This document shows, one piece after another, positions 10,864 through 20,379 of a DNA stretch of 64,000 bases. Numbering within the stretch: the first letter of the stretch is position 1; every line of letters starts with the position of its first letter. The notes under the pieces were generated by a model. That model was given only the letters and a program-made list of their open reading frames with translations, searched no databases and was not told the origin of the DNA. This DNA comes from an uncultured Candidatus Poseidoniales archaeon (lineage in GTDB: Archaea > Thermoplasmatota > Poseidoniia > Poseidoniales > CAYMED01). A program made the translations under genes and the position numbers. The stretch covers positions 39,770 through 103,769 of the forward strand of contig CAYMED010000001.1 of the NCBI GenBank assembly GCA_964389655.1, read 5' to 3'.

Positions 10864-12192
10864 GTGGGCCCCAGTGAATCGTCGGCTGCGATGAATTCGG
10901 AGAGCGAGCCACTTACGGCGATCGAATGGGCCTTGATTTTCGTTTTACTTTTATTGGGTATTTTGGTTGTGCAACAATTAGTTACGCCCGCGGCATCCCG
11001 AATTGAATTTGTTGAGACAGCTTTTGTGTCTCCTTTCACAGATGATCTAGGCGCGAAGGACGGGGATTATAACTGGGCTAATACGGCAGTTTATGCTGGC
11101 GTGTTGATCAGTTCAGTTGTGGTTATTGCTGGTTTACTGCGAATTGCGGGAATTGGGGCGGACGATCGCCTTTTGTTGGCTATGACTCCATGGGTTGTTT
11201 GGGCCGCACTTGCTCGTGTGCTGGAAGATACGGGCTTCCAAATTGGTTCAAATGCCGCCTTGTTTATCTCGCCAGCGATTCATTTTCACACTGCAGCGTG
11301 GGTGTCTTCTTGCTTATTTCTTGGTTCGATGATTGTTAAATCACCACCTATGAGGGCGCATTTAGTTGAAAAACACGAATCTCAGAGGGCATCCCTAGTT
11401 GCGACAATACTTGTTTGCATTCATTTTTTCCTAGTGATTCGGCCGAACCTATTAATTGGTCGCGGGATTCATCTGGAGTTGCTGGGTTTTATTGGATTAT
11501 TTGTGGGGGTAATTTCTCCTTGGTATGTGTCTCCTCGATTCCATCACCGCAGCCGCGTATCTGAAACACTGTTGCTGTCTACAGGGGTTGGGGCGTCTGC
11601 CTCGATTATGGGTATACTCTTACAATATGTGTTCTCTCCTTGGTCAGTTTCCAGCGGCGGATCTGTCTTCATAATCGCCCTTCCTGTAATTTTTTCAATT
11701 GGGATTTGTTCTATAATGGTAGTGAAGACCCGCAAAGATCGTGAAGAACTCGCTTTCCATGGCTTGATTCCGGGGGTACTCCCTCGTGGTATAACAATGG
11801 CGAAATGGATGGATGGTGAAAGTTCTTCAAAACCGGTAATCGAATCCCATTCATCGAGGGCAGCATTGGGGAGCCCCATGGTGGTCTTGCCCGTTTTAGG
11901 TCAACTTCTTGATGGTTCGGCGACTTGGATTGGGATTGATTTTTTGGGCTATTCGGAGAAACATGTTGTCGGCAGTCAAATCATGCTTTTTGGTCAAAAT
12001 TACTTGTGGGATGGGGGTTGGCTTTTCTTTGTTGTAAAAATAGGGATGGCGGCACTTGTAGGGTGGGTATTGGCCGCCAATTTAGTCGAACATAGGCAAA
12101 GGCATTTGCGGCTATTGATCAGCCTCGCTCTAATGGCGGTTGGCTTGGCCCCCGGGATACGTGACTTGGGGCGGATTGCTCTTGGTGTATAG
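10864..12192 (+). CDS. DUF63-family archaeal membrane protein
   Basis: YNWANTAVY, RVLED, LDGSATWIGIDFLGYSEKHV, GLAPGIRD; multiple TM helices. Confidence 0.75.
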   Translation: MGPSESSAAMNSESEPLTAIEWALIFVLLLLGILVVQQLVTPAASRIEFVETAFVSPFTDDLGAKDGDYNWANTAVYAGVLISSVVVIAGLLRIAGIGADDRLLLAMTPWVVWAALARVLEDTGFQIGSNAALFISPAIHFHTAAWVSSCLFLGSMIVKSPPMRAHLVEKHESQRASLVATILVCIHFFLVIRPNLLIGRGIHLELLGFIGLFVGVISPWYVSPRFHHRSRVSETLLLSTGVGASASIMGILLQYVFSPWSVSSGGSVFIIALPVIFSIGICSIMVVKTRKDREELAFHGLIPGVLPRGITMAKWMDGESSSKPVIESHSSRAALGSPMVVLPVLGQLLDGSATWIGIDFLGYSEKHVVGSQIMLFGQNYLWDGGWLFFVVKIGMAALVGWVLAANLVEHRQRHLRLLISLALMAVGLAPGIRDLGRIALGV

Positions 12193-12214
12193 TGAAATAT
12201 TGTAGTGTGATTAA

Positions 12215-13822
12215 ATGAAACGTCTTAACTCTTCCTTGGTAAAAGATGATGCTTTTTTGCGCAGGGGGGAACATCATTCGCGCCTTCTCTCTCAATTGGA
12301 GTCTTCCTTGGAAACGGCCAGGGGTGGTGGTGGCGAACGCGCGATCCAACGCCACCTTGCCCGTGGTAAGACTTTACCTCGCGAACGAATTGATGCGATA
12401 CGAGATGAGGGGACTTCCTTCCTAGAATTATCCCCTATGGCGGCAAATGGGATGTATGGTGGCTCGGCACATTCTGCAGGCATAATAACGGGAATTGGCA
12501 GTGTTCATGGCCAACCATGCGTCTTCGTCGCAAATGATGCGACAGTCAAAGGGGGTTCGTATTATCCCATGACCGTGAAAAAACACCTTCGGGCCCAGCA
12601 AATAGCCGAGGAAAATCACTTGCCTTGCATATATCTTGTGGATTCAGGCGGCGCATTCCTCCCCCTACAAGGTGAAGTATTTCCAGATCGTGAGCATTTT
12701 GGGCGAATTTTCCATAATCAAGCTATTATGTCCTCAAAAGGAATAGCGCAAATTTCAGCAGTTCTTGGCTCATGCACGGCGGGGGGTGCCTATGTTCCTG
12801 CAATGTCTGATGAGAGCATCATCGTCAAAGGGAATGGGACGATTTTTCTTGCTGGTCCCCCTTTGGTGAAGGCAGCTACGGGGGAAGAAGTGTCTGCTGA
12901 GGACTTGGGTGGTGCGGATTTGCATACGAGGCAATCGGGCGTTGCAGACCATTTTGCCAACAGTGAACCCGAGGCGCTTGGCATAGTCCGTGACATTGTC
13001 GAGAATTTGAATAGAAAACAATTAGATCAAGGGGCTTTTGTTCCTACAGAAGATCCAATCTATGATGCTGATGAAATTTTGGGAATTCTCCCGGAAGATA
13101 GTCGGACTCCATATGATGTCCGTGAGGTTATTGCACGTATTGTTGATGGGTCTAGGTTTCACGAATTCAAAGAGAGGTATGGGGTAACGCTGGTTTGTGG
13201 ATTTGCCCGCATCCATGGTATGTCTGTTGGGATTGTGGCGAACAATGGCATCCTATTCTCTGAATCAGCTCTGAAGGGCTCACATTTCGTTGAATTATGT
13301 GGGCAACGTGACATCCCCTTGGTGTTCTTGCAAAATATTACTGGATTTATGGTGGGGCGAGAATATGAGGCTGGCGGTATTGCAAAAGATGGTGCAAAAC
13401 TCGTAACTGCGGTCTCGTGCGTTCCCGTGCCAAAATTCACCGTCATTATTGGTGGTTCGCACGGGGCGGGGAATTATGGGATGTGTGGGCGGGCATATGA
13501 TCCCCGCTTCTTGTTTATGTGGCCGAACTCTCGCATTTCAGTAATGGGTGGCCCACAAGCCGCTGATGTCTTGGCCACGGTGAAACAGGACCAGTTGCGG
13601 AATTCTGGCGAGGGTGTCATGACTGCTGCTGAATTGGATGAATTTCGAGCACCGATCCTAGAGAAGTATGAGTCAGAGGGTTCTCCTGCATATTCAACAG
13701 CGCGCTTATGGGATGACGGCGTTATTGATCCGCGCACGACGCGAGATGTCTTAGGATTGTGTCTCTCGGCCAGTTTACACGCGCCTCCTCTAAGTGGACA
13801 GTATGGCGTATTTAGGATGTGA
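12215..13822 (+). CDS. liuB: 3-methylcrotonyl-CoA carboxylase beta (carboxyltransferase) subunit
   Basis: [58 protein letters not shown]-terminal GVFRM. Confidence 0.92.
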   Translation: MKRLNSSLVKDDAFLRRGEHHSRLLSQLESSLETARGGGGERAIQRHLARGKTLPRERIDAIRDEGTSFLELSPMAANGMYGGSAHSAGIITGIGSVHGQPCVFVANDATVKGGSYYPMTVKKHLRAQQIAEENHLPCIYLVDSGGAFLPLQGEVFPDREHFGRIFHNQAIMSSKGIAQISAVLGSCTAGGAYVPAMSDESIIVKGNGTIFLAGPPLVKAATGEEVSAEDLGGADLHTRQSGVADHFANSEPEALGIVRDIVENLNRKQLDQGAFVPTEDPIYDADEILGILPEDSRTPYDVREVIARIVDGSRFHEFKERYGVTLVCGFARIHGMSVGIVANNGILFSESALKGSHFVELCGQRDIPLVFLQNITGFMVGREYEAGGIAKDGAKLVTAVSCVPVPKFTVIIGGSHGAGNYGMCGRAYDPRFLFMWPNSRISVMGGPQAADVLATVKQDQLRNSGEGVMTAAELDEFRAPILEKYESEGSPAYSTARLWDDGVIDPRTTRDVLGLCLSASLHAPPLSGQYGVFRM

Positions 13823-13856
13823 TTTATTGAACTTTCCAATTGAAGAATCAATTCCC

Positions 13857-14678
13857 ATGATGGAATATGTCGGCGTTGAGGTGAAGGGTGATGTGGCTAT
13901 TTTATCACTCCAGCGTGTTGAAGCTTTGAACGCATTAAATCCTCAATTAATAGTGGAGGTTGTTAAAATTCTCAATTGGATTTCAAATCATTCGGCAGCA
14001 ACATCCCAATTGGGAAATCGTGGATTTCGCGCCATTATCCTGCGGGCAGAGGGCCGACATTTCTGTGCGGGAGCGGATATTGAATGGATGCGTGCTTCAG
14101 GCGCTAAAAGTTTAGAAGAAAACCGAACAGATGCTGCCCGTCTTGACAAATTGTTTCATACATTATGGTCCCATCCTTGTTTTACTATTGGCTGGGTGCA
14201 GGGCGTTGCACTAGGTGGGGGTGCGGGTCTCGTTGCCTCACTTGACCATGTCATTGCAACTCCAAATTCAAAAATTGCACTTTCAGAAGGGAAATTAGGC
14301 ATTCTCCCAGCAGTCATTGGCCCTTATGTCCTGCGCCGCTTGGGCCCTGCCCAAACAAGGCGCTTGACGATGCTTGCGAGTCGGATAAAATCAGATGAGG
14401 CCTTGCGAATTGGATTAATTGATCAAATAGCAACTATGGATGACTTTTGGCTTGAAACTGAATCTATCGTTGATGAATTGCGGACCACTGGGCCAGTTGC
14501 AGTTGCCCGTGCCAAAACACTCGTAGAATCATTAGAAAACTGGACTGGAACTGTCGATGAAATGAGAACTTGGACTCTTGACTTGACATCTGAAATGCGT
14601 GGATCTGCAGAAGGGCAGGAAGGACTTTCTGCTTTCCTTGAGAAACGCACCCCTAATTGGGATCATAATGCAAAATAG
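13857..14678 (+). CDS. liuC: Methylglutaconyl-CoA hydratase (crotonase family)
   Basis: FCAGADIEWMR, GGGAGLVA, LSEGKLGILPAVIGPYV, EGQEGLSAFLEKR; sits between the MCC subunits. Confidence 0.85.
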   Translation: MMEYVGVEVKGDVAILSLQRVEALNALNPQLIVEVVKILNWISNHSAATSQLGNRGFRAIILRAEGRHFCAGADIEWMRASGAKSLEENRTDAARLDKLFHTLWSHPCFTIGWVQGVALGGGAGLVASLDHVIATPNSKIALSEGKLGILPAVIGPYVLRRLGPAQTRRLTMLASRIKSDEALRIGLIDQIATMDDFWLETESIVDELRTTGPVAVARAKTLVESLENWTGTVDEMRTWTLDLTSEMRGSAEGQEGLSAFLEKRTPNWDHNAK

Positions 14679-14689
14679 GTGATGGAAGC

Positions 14690-16201
14690 ATGTCCTTCTC
14701 AGTCTCTCAAGAACATTTTTTTGATACCATATTGGTGGCCAATCGTGGTGAAATTGCAGTCCGAATACTTGATGCAATACGTGTTGCAGGCTTTCGATCT
14801 GTAGCGATTTATTCTGCAATAGATTCTCAAGCAATGCATCTTTCTCATGCAGATATCACAGTTGAGATTTCAGGCGATGATTTACACAGCACATACCTCA
14901 ATATTTCTAGTATCATTAATGCAGCCAAGAGAACCAAAGCGGATGCAATTCACCCAGGATATGGCTTTCTTTCAGAAAATGGCGATTTTGCGCGGGCAGT
15001 TATCGAAGAAGGCCTTGTTTGGATTGGCCCACCTCCTAGTGCGATAGATTTGATGGGCGATAAATTAGCGGCCCGTCGCTGTGTACTGAACGCAGGTATT
15101 CCTTTGATACCCGGAATCGAAATCCCGAGTGCCTTGGATGAACATGCAGCCATAGACCTCATTTCATCATTGGGGACTCCTCTCATGCTCAAAGCAGCTG
15201 CTGGCGGCGGTGGGAAAGGAATGCGTCGTGTTACTCAGTTAGATGACATTGGTGAATCCTTTTCTTCAGCACGTAGGGAAGCCCAGTCCTCTTTTGGAGA
15301 TGGAAGAATTTATGCCGAAAAATTGCTTGAACATAGCCACCACGTAGAAATACAAATTGTAGCAGATCTACACGGCGAAGTAGCTCATTTATTGGAACGC
15401 GAATGCTCAGTTCAACGCCGCCATCAAAAAGTGATTGAAGAGGCCCCTTCGCCATTCATTAATGTTGAGACGAGGAATGCAATTTGTGAATCGGCAATTG
15501 CAGTTGCGCGATCAGTCAATTACGTTGGAGTTGGAACAGTAGAATTTCTAGTGGATCAGAATGGGGATCATTACTTTCTAGAAATGAATACTCGGCTACA
15601 AGTTGAACACCCAGTTACAGAAGCAATATCTGGTGTGGATCTAGTCGACCTTCAATTCCAAATTGCAAGTGGTTCTCGACTCCCCCCTGCATTGGCGGGC
15701 ATTTCTGCAAAAGGTCATGCCATGGAAGCCCGGGTTTATGCTGAAAGCCCGCATAATGGTTTTCTTCCTTCGACTGGAAAAATAGAATATCTTCGATGGC
15801 CAATTGGTCCGGGAATTAGAATTGATGCAGGTGTCTTGGAAGGTGACAAGATCGGTGTAACCTTTGACCCAATGCTTGCTAAAATAATTGCTCATGGGAC
15901 TAGCCGAGAAATTGCTCGGCGTCGATTAATTTATGCACTTAAAGAGACAATTCTCTTAGGCGTATCAACAAATATCGGTTTTCTGATTGACGTGTTAGAG
16001 CACCCTGATCAAATTGCAGGTCGAATCGATACGAATTGGATTGACCGACTAGGTCAATCGGAAATTATGCCGACTTTAGACCCCTCAATTGCAATTGCAG
16101 CAATTGCCTTTTTTTCTAAATCAGGTGCTTTGCCAACTTCTAGGGGTATCAAGGGCCCGCCTCAGAGTCCTTTCCTGACACTTTCTCGTACATATCCATA
16201 A
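14690..16201 (+). CDS. liuD: Acyl-CoA carboxylase alpha subunit, biotin carboxylase domain
   Basis: ANRGEIA, HPGYGFLSEN, GGGGKGMR, ERECSVQRRHQK, EMNTRLQVEH, FDPMLAK. Confidence 0.88.
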   Translation: MSFSVSQEHFFDTILVANRGEIAVRILDAIRVAGFRSVAIYSAIDSQAMHLSHADITVEISGDDLHSTYLNISSIINAAKRTKADAIHPGYGFLSENGDFARAVIEEGLVWIGPPPSAIDLMGDKLAARRCVLNAGIPLIPGIEIPSALDEHAAIDLISSLGTPLMLKAAAGGGGKGMRRVTQLDDIGESFSSARREAQSSFGDGRIYAEKLLEHSHHVEIQIVADLHGEVAHLLERECSVQRRHQKVIEEAPSPFINVETRNAICESAIAVARSVNYVGVGTVEFLVDQNGDHYFLEMNTRLQVEHPVTEAISGVDLVDLQFQIASGSRLPPALAGISAKGHAMEARVYAESPHNGFLPSTGKIEYLRWPIGPGIRIDAGVLEGDKIGVTFDPMLAKIIAHGTSREIARRRLIYALKETILLGVSTNIGFLIDVLEHPDQIAGRIDTNWIDRLGQSEIMPTLDPSIAIAAIAFFSKSGALPTSRGIKGPPQSPFLTLSRTYP

Positions 16202-16213
16202 GGAGGTTCAATA

Positions 16214-16714
16214 ATGAGTGAGTGGGTGGTAGAAGGTGATTCAAGACCATGGAGATGCTCAAAGGTTTCTACATCGGAAGTATGCATTTCTTCTGAAGAT
16301 TCTGATGACAGGATTTACTCTATCTCAGAGTATAGCGGCAATAATAAATATCTCATTTCCGATGGGTCTCAATCAAATCTTGCTCATGTTGTTCAACATG
16401 ATGGAAAATATTGGGTACATGTGAATGGAAGGATTCACGTATTGGTGGAAAGAGATGAAAAAAAAGCGAATTCTGACCTGAAATCACCATTGATCACAGC
16501 ACCCATGCCTGGTAAAGTGCTCGAGGTTCTAGTTGACCTTGGAGAGATTGTTGAATCAGGGCAGACGTTGCTGGTCATCGAAGCAATGAAGATGGAACAC
16601 AGAATTAAGGCCTCAATTGATGGCGTGATTGAAACAATAGAATTTGGAATTGGTGATCAAATTGAAGTCGGTGATTTCTTGGTCAGAATTGCTCCAATTG
16701 GTTTGGATCAATGA
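16214..16714 (+). CDS. Biotin carboxyl carrier protein (BT-like plus biotinyl domain)
   Basis: APMPGKV and the biotinylation motif EAMKME; preceded by a GGAGG RBS. Confidence 0.92.
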   Translation: MSEWVVEGDSRPWRCSKVSTSEVCISSEDSDDRIYSISEYSGNNKYLISDGSQSNLAHVVQHDGKYWVHVNGRIHVLVERDEKKANSDLKSPLITAPMPGKVLEVLVDLGEIVESGQTLLVIEAMKMEHRIKASIDGVIETIEFGIGDQIEVGDFLVRIAPIGLDQ

Positions 16715-17998
16715 CTACCAACCAGATGGCTCTAGAATAGATCTCCCATTCATTAGTGGTATCAAAACATCAGGGATGCGAACTTTTCCATCCTGCAATT
16801 GATATTGCTCCATTATTGCAACTAAAGCCCTACTTGTGGCAATTGCAGTTGAATTTAGCGTGTGAACTGATTTATTTCCATCTGATGTGCGAAATCTCAT
16901 TTTCAATCGATTCGCCTGATAATCAGTACAATTTGAGCATGACACGACTTCCTTGAATGAACCGGCTCCTGGAAGCCACGCTTCAAGATCATACTTTCTT
17001 GCAGCGATAGTCCCCATATCTCCTGTGCAGATATCAACAACTCGATAATGAATTCCCAGTGAATCCCAGATTTTTTGTGTATTTTTGAGTAGTTCTTCGT
17101 GACATTTCCATGACTCATCAGGATGGGATATGATGACTTGTTCAACTTTCGTAAATTGGTGAACTCGCCAAATTCCTCTATCTGAAAGTCCATGTGCACC
17201 AACCTCTCTTCTGAAGCAAGGGGATAGACCAACCATCCGAATTGGGAGCAAACTCGGTTCAATAACCTCTTCCATGAACATTGCAGTTAGTGGATGCTCT
17301 GACGTTGCTATTAGGTGATACCCGTCAGGCTGGATGCCATACATCACATTCTCAAAATCAGATAAGTCAGTCACGCCTTCGTATGCTCTCTTATTCATCA
17401 TAATCGGCGGCTGTACAAATGTGTATTTCTTATTTCGAAGCCAATCGACAGCAAATGTCTGTAAAGCAATTTCAAGCCGAGCCAAGTCTCCTTTTAGGAA
17501 GTAAAATCTAGATCCCCCTATTTTTACTGCTCTGGGCTGGTCCACCCATCCATTTAACTCAATCAATTCATTGTGTGAGCGTGGTTTAAAATCAAATTCA
17601 GGCTTTCTCCCGTGGAGTGATTTCTCATGATTTTCTTCATCATTTTCCCCAATTGGAACATCATCGTGAAGAATATTTGGTATGCGCATTCGAATGGCAT
17701 CTCTTTCACCTTCAAGGTGGTCTGCTTTTTTCCCAATTTCCCCAATTTTAGCGCCGAGATCAGCGACTTCTGTTAGAATTTTTTCCTCCTCTTCTTTATC
17801 TCCTACTTTTTTTGCCTCACCGATTCGCCTAGCAGCACGATTTCTCATTTTTCTCATTTCGTCTGCTTTAGAGCGAGTATCTCTCCATTCTATATCAAGT
17901 TGGATTACTTCTTCAATGGCAGAGTGCGGCAATCCTCTTCGATCATGATCCTTACGGATGCGGTCCGCCTCTTCCCGGAAGATCCTGATGTGAATCAT
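16715..17998 (-). CDS. serS: Serine--tRNA ligase
   Basis: N-terminal coiled coil, IATSEHP, CFRREVG...RVHQFTKVE, EVVSCSNCTDYQ, HTLNSTAIA. Confidence 0.96.
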   Translation of the reverse strand: MIHIRIFREEADRIRKDHDRRGLPHSAIEEVIQLDIEWRDTRSKADEMRKMRNRAARRIGEAKKVGDKEEEEKILTEVADLGAKIGEIGKKADHLEGERDAIRMRIPNILHDDVPIGENDEENHEKSLHGRKPEFDFKPRSHNELIELNGWVDQPRAVKIGGSRFYFLKGDLARLEIALQTFAVDWLRNKKYTFVQPPIMMNKRAYEGVTDLSDFENVMYGIQPDGYHLIATSEHPLTAMFMEEVIEPSLLPIRMVGLSPCFRREVGAHGLSDRGIWRVHQFTKVEQVIISHPDESWKCHEELLKNTQKIWDSLGIHYRVVDICTGDMGTIAARKYDLEAWLPGAGSFKEVVSCSNCTDYQANRLKMRFRTSDGNKSVHTLNSTAIATSRALVAIMEQYQLQDGKVRIPDVLIPLMNGRSILEPSGW

Positions 17999-18082
17999 AT
18001 ATTAGAGCGCACATGGCTTACCCCCTCAAGCATTGCGCGGATTCTACTGATCCAAATGTTGATCATAGAATGGCCTTGGAGA

Positions 18083-18154
18083 TGCGAGCGCCGGGATTTG
18101 AACCCGGGTTCCGGCGTTGGCAACGCCGGGTGATAACCGCTACACTACGCTCGC
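18083..18154 (-). tRNA. tRNA-Gly (GCC)
   Basis: Reverse complement GCGAGCGTAGTGTAGCGGTTATCACCCGGCGTTGCCAACGCCGGAACCCGGGTTCAAATCCCGGCGCTCGCA; anticodon loop TT-GCC-AA; CCA not encoded. Confidence 0.96.
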
Positions 18155-18226
18155 TGAGAATTTGGGCTTAGTGATCGAGTCTAATGCCTTTCGCCAATAG
18201 GCAACGTGTTGAAAAAGCAGCGGTGA

Positions 18227-18556
18227 TTGAGCCAAGATATGGTTGATGGGCCCCGGCAGATTATCATTGGTAGTAAACCGTTGCATGTCTATGTGGCAGC
18301 AGTACGCACCGTCATCGAGAATGAATCAACTCATATTTGCTTAAGCGGGCGTGGAAAATCAATCCGAACAGTCGTTGACGTTGCAGAAATATGCCGGCGC
18401 AGACATGGGACCATTGCGTCGGGACTTCCCGAAGGAATCCATATTGTTTCAGTCAATACGGATACTGAACAATTGAGCCGTGACGATGGCGGCACGTCAT
18501 CGGTCAGTGTTCTTCGTATCATCATGGATGTAGGAATAAGTGATGGGGAAGAATGA
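18227..18556 (+). CDS. albA: DNA/RNA-binding protein Alba
   Basis: IIIGSKPLHVYV, GRGKSIRTVVDVAEICR, SVSVLRIIM match the Alba pattern. Confidence 0.85.
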   Translation: MSQDMVDGPRQIIIGSKPLHVYVAAVRTVIENESTHICLSGRGKSIRTVVDVAEICRRRHGTIASGLPEGIHIVSVNTDTEQLSRDDGGTSSVSVLRIIMDVGISDGEE

Positions 18557-18652
18557 GATTATTTCAAAATAATAATGTTACTTTTTTCTTGGATTAGATA
18601 TTCCGATTTTCAAAACAGGGTTTGAAGAGTTAGTGCCCATTCGGCAGGCTGA

Positions 18653-19678
18653 ATGAGTTCTGATGTTGTCTCTCAGCATGATCCTAGCGATACAGTTGCA
18701 GGCCCAGAGGTGCGGGCTGAAATGGAACAAGCTTACCAATCCATGCGCCGTAAGATGAGAGTTCAATCACTAGGTGACCGAATAAAGCGTACAATCATGG
18801 TTTTATCTGGGAAAGGGGGTGTTGGAAAATCTACTGTTGCAGTTGGCCTTGCCCTGTCTATGGCTGAACGAGGGATGAAAGTTGGCTTACTAGATATTGA
18901 TATCACAGGACCTAATGTTCCTAAGATGCTTGGCATAACTTCAGCCGACCTTTCAGTTGAAGATGGCTTGATTGTACCTGTTTCAGCAACTCGCGGCGTC
19001 CGGATGATATCAATGGGCCTTCTCCTTGAGGAAGAAGATAAACCTGTAGTTTGGCGTGGCCCAATCAAACTTGGAGCCATTCAGCAGTTCATTGGGGATG
19101 TTGCTTGGGGGGATTTAGATGCATTGGTAATTGATTTCCCCCCTGGTACTAGTGATGAGCCTTTGACAGTGGCACAAACTCTCCCGCACGTGGATGGGAT
19201 GGTTGTGGTAACAACTCCCCAAGAAGTTGCGATCTTGGATAGCCGCCGCGCAGTGAAATTCGCTGAAACTCTCAAAATACCAGTGCTAGGGATTCTAGAA
19301 AACATGAGTGGTTATACTATTGAAGGAGTGGTAAAAACATCTGATGGGGCCTCTCTTTCTAGTGCAGAAGTAAGTATCATGGGCCCTCGCGAGATACCAC
19401 TGACTACGCAGATAAAAGATGATGGTAGTTGGTCAATCGAAATAGATCTATTCAAGCAAGGAGGCGGAAAATTAGCTGCTGATGATTTAGGTGTCCCATT
19501 TCTTGGCGCACTTCCATTTGACCCTGGTGTGGTTCGGAGTGGAGATGATGGTGTGCATCGCATCATATCAGACCCGGATGGGAGAACAGCTCTTGCATTT
19601 CAGGGTGCAGTATCTTTAATTCTTGAGCACCTAAATACTGATGCATCAGAAACACGCGAGTCTCCTCAAATATTGTAG
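18653..19678 (+). CDS. mrp: Mrp/NBP35/ApbC-family P-loop ATPase (atypical, no CxxC)
   Basis: SGKGGVGKST, DIDITGPN, WRGP, DFPPGTSDE, VTTPQ, ENMS, GGG. Confidence 0.9.
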   Translation: MSSDVVSQHDPSDTVAGPEVRAEMEQAYQSMRRKMRVQSLGDRIKRTIMVLSGKGGVGKSTVAVGLALSMAERGMKVGLLDIDITGPNVPKMLGITSADLSVEDGLIVPVSATRGVRMISMGLLLEEEDKPVVWRGPIKLGAIQQFIGDVAWGDLDALVIDFPPGTSDEPLTVAQTLPHVDGMVVVTTPQEVAILDSRRAVKFAETLKIPVLGILENMSGYTIEGVVKTSDGASLSSAEVSIMGPREIPLTTQIKDDGSWSIEIDLFKQGGGKLAADDLGVPFLGALPFDPGVVRSGDDGVHRIISDPDGRTALAFQGAVSLILEHLNTDASETRESPQIL

Positions 19679-19686
19679 CAATGGAG

Positions 19687-20370
19687 TTACGAAATACACG
19701 CTTTCCAAGCAGTATCAATATCAATCTCAGTAGCAACAGCGGAAGTAAGGTTTACTTCTGGGCGTGGGCGATTATTGACACCAGGGTTCATTTCGCTGAT
19801 TATATCTACAGTGGTCTGGCTTGCAGGATCTGAGACCCGTCCGAATGGCGAGTTTGAATCATTCAGTTCTGCTCCATCCCAATTGGTAGATAGAATCATC
19901 CATTGTGAACCTGCTGGCTCATCACTGCCTCGGATTGTAGTAATTACTCCAGTGTCATGTCCAAATCCAGTGTTATTTTCAGGAGGGATCAGCCAAGTTT
20001 CTGAATTTTCTTGGTCGCCAAGGCCATGATATGTGATTGCATGCCCGCCAGAACCATCACCATGGGTAAAATCTCCTCCCATTATTGCTCGATTTAGAAT
20101 AATTTGATGAATTGGGGTTTGGTTATAATATCCCGATTTTACAGTTTCTAGAAAATTCAGTGAATGATTGGGTTGTCCGGGGCAAAGATCAACTCGAACG
20201 GCTCTTGATGTGCGCCCATCTTCAGAGTCCCATTCAAAAATAAGTTCAACACGAAAACCACTTTTTTGCTCATCTTCAGACTCACTATTTGTTGCAGAAT
20301 CTTTTTGACCACTTAGACAACCCTGTAAAGCGACTAATAATACCACAAGAGAACAACTATATTTCCGCAT
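19687..20370 (-). CDS. Cyclophilin-family lipoprotein (degenerate active site)
   Basis: Lipobox-like ALQGC; NFLE..GYYN..IHQII, GGDFTHGDGSGG, GSQW, FGRV. Confidence 0.78.
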   Translation of the reverse strand: MRKYSCSLVVLLVALQGCLSGQKDSATNSESEDEQKSGFRVELIFEWDSEDGRTSRAVRVDLCPGQPNHSLNFLETVKSGYYNQTPIHQIILNRAIMGGDFTHGDGSGGHAITYHGLGDQENSETWLIPPENNTGFGHDTGVITTIRGSDEPAGSQWMILSTNWDGAELNDSNSPFGRVSDPASQTTVDIISEMNPGVNNRPRPEVNLTSAVATEIDIDTAWKACIS

Positions 20371-20379
20371 TTTTTCACA

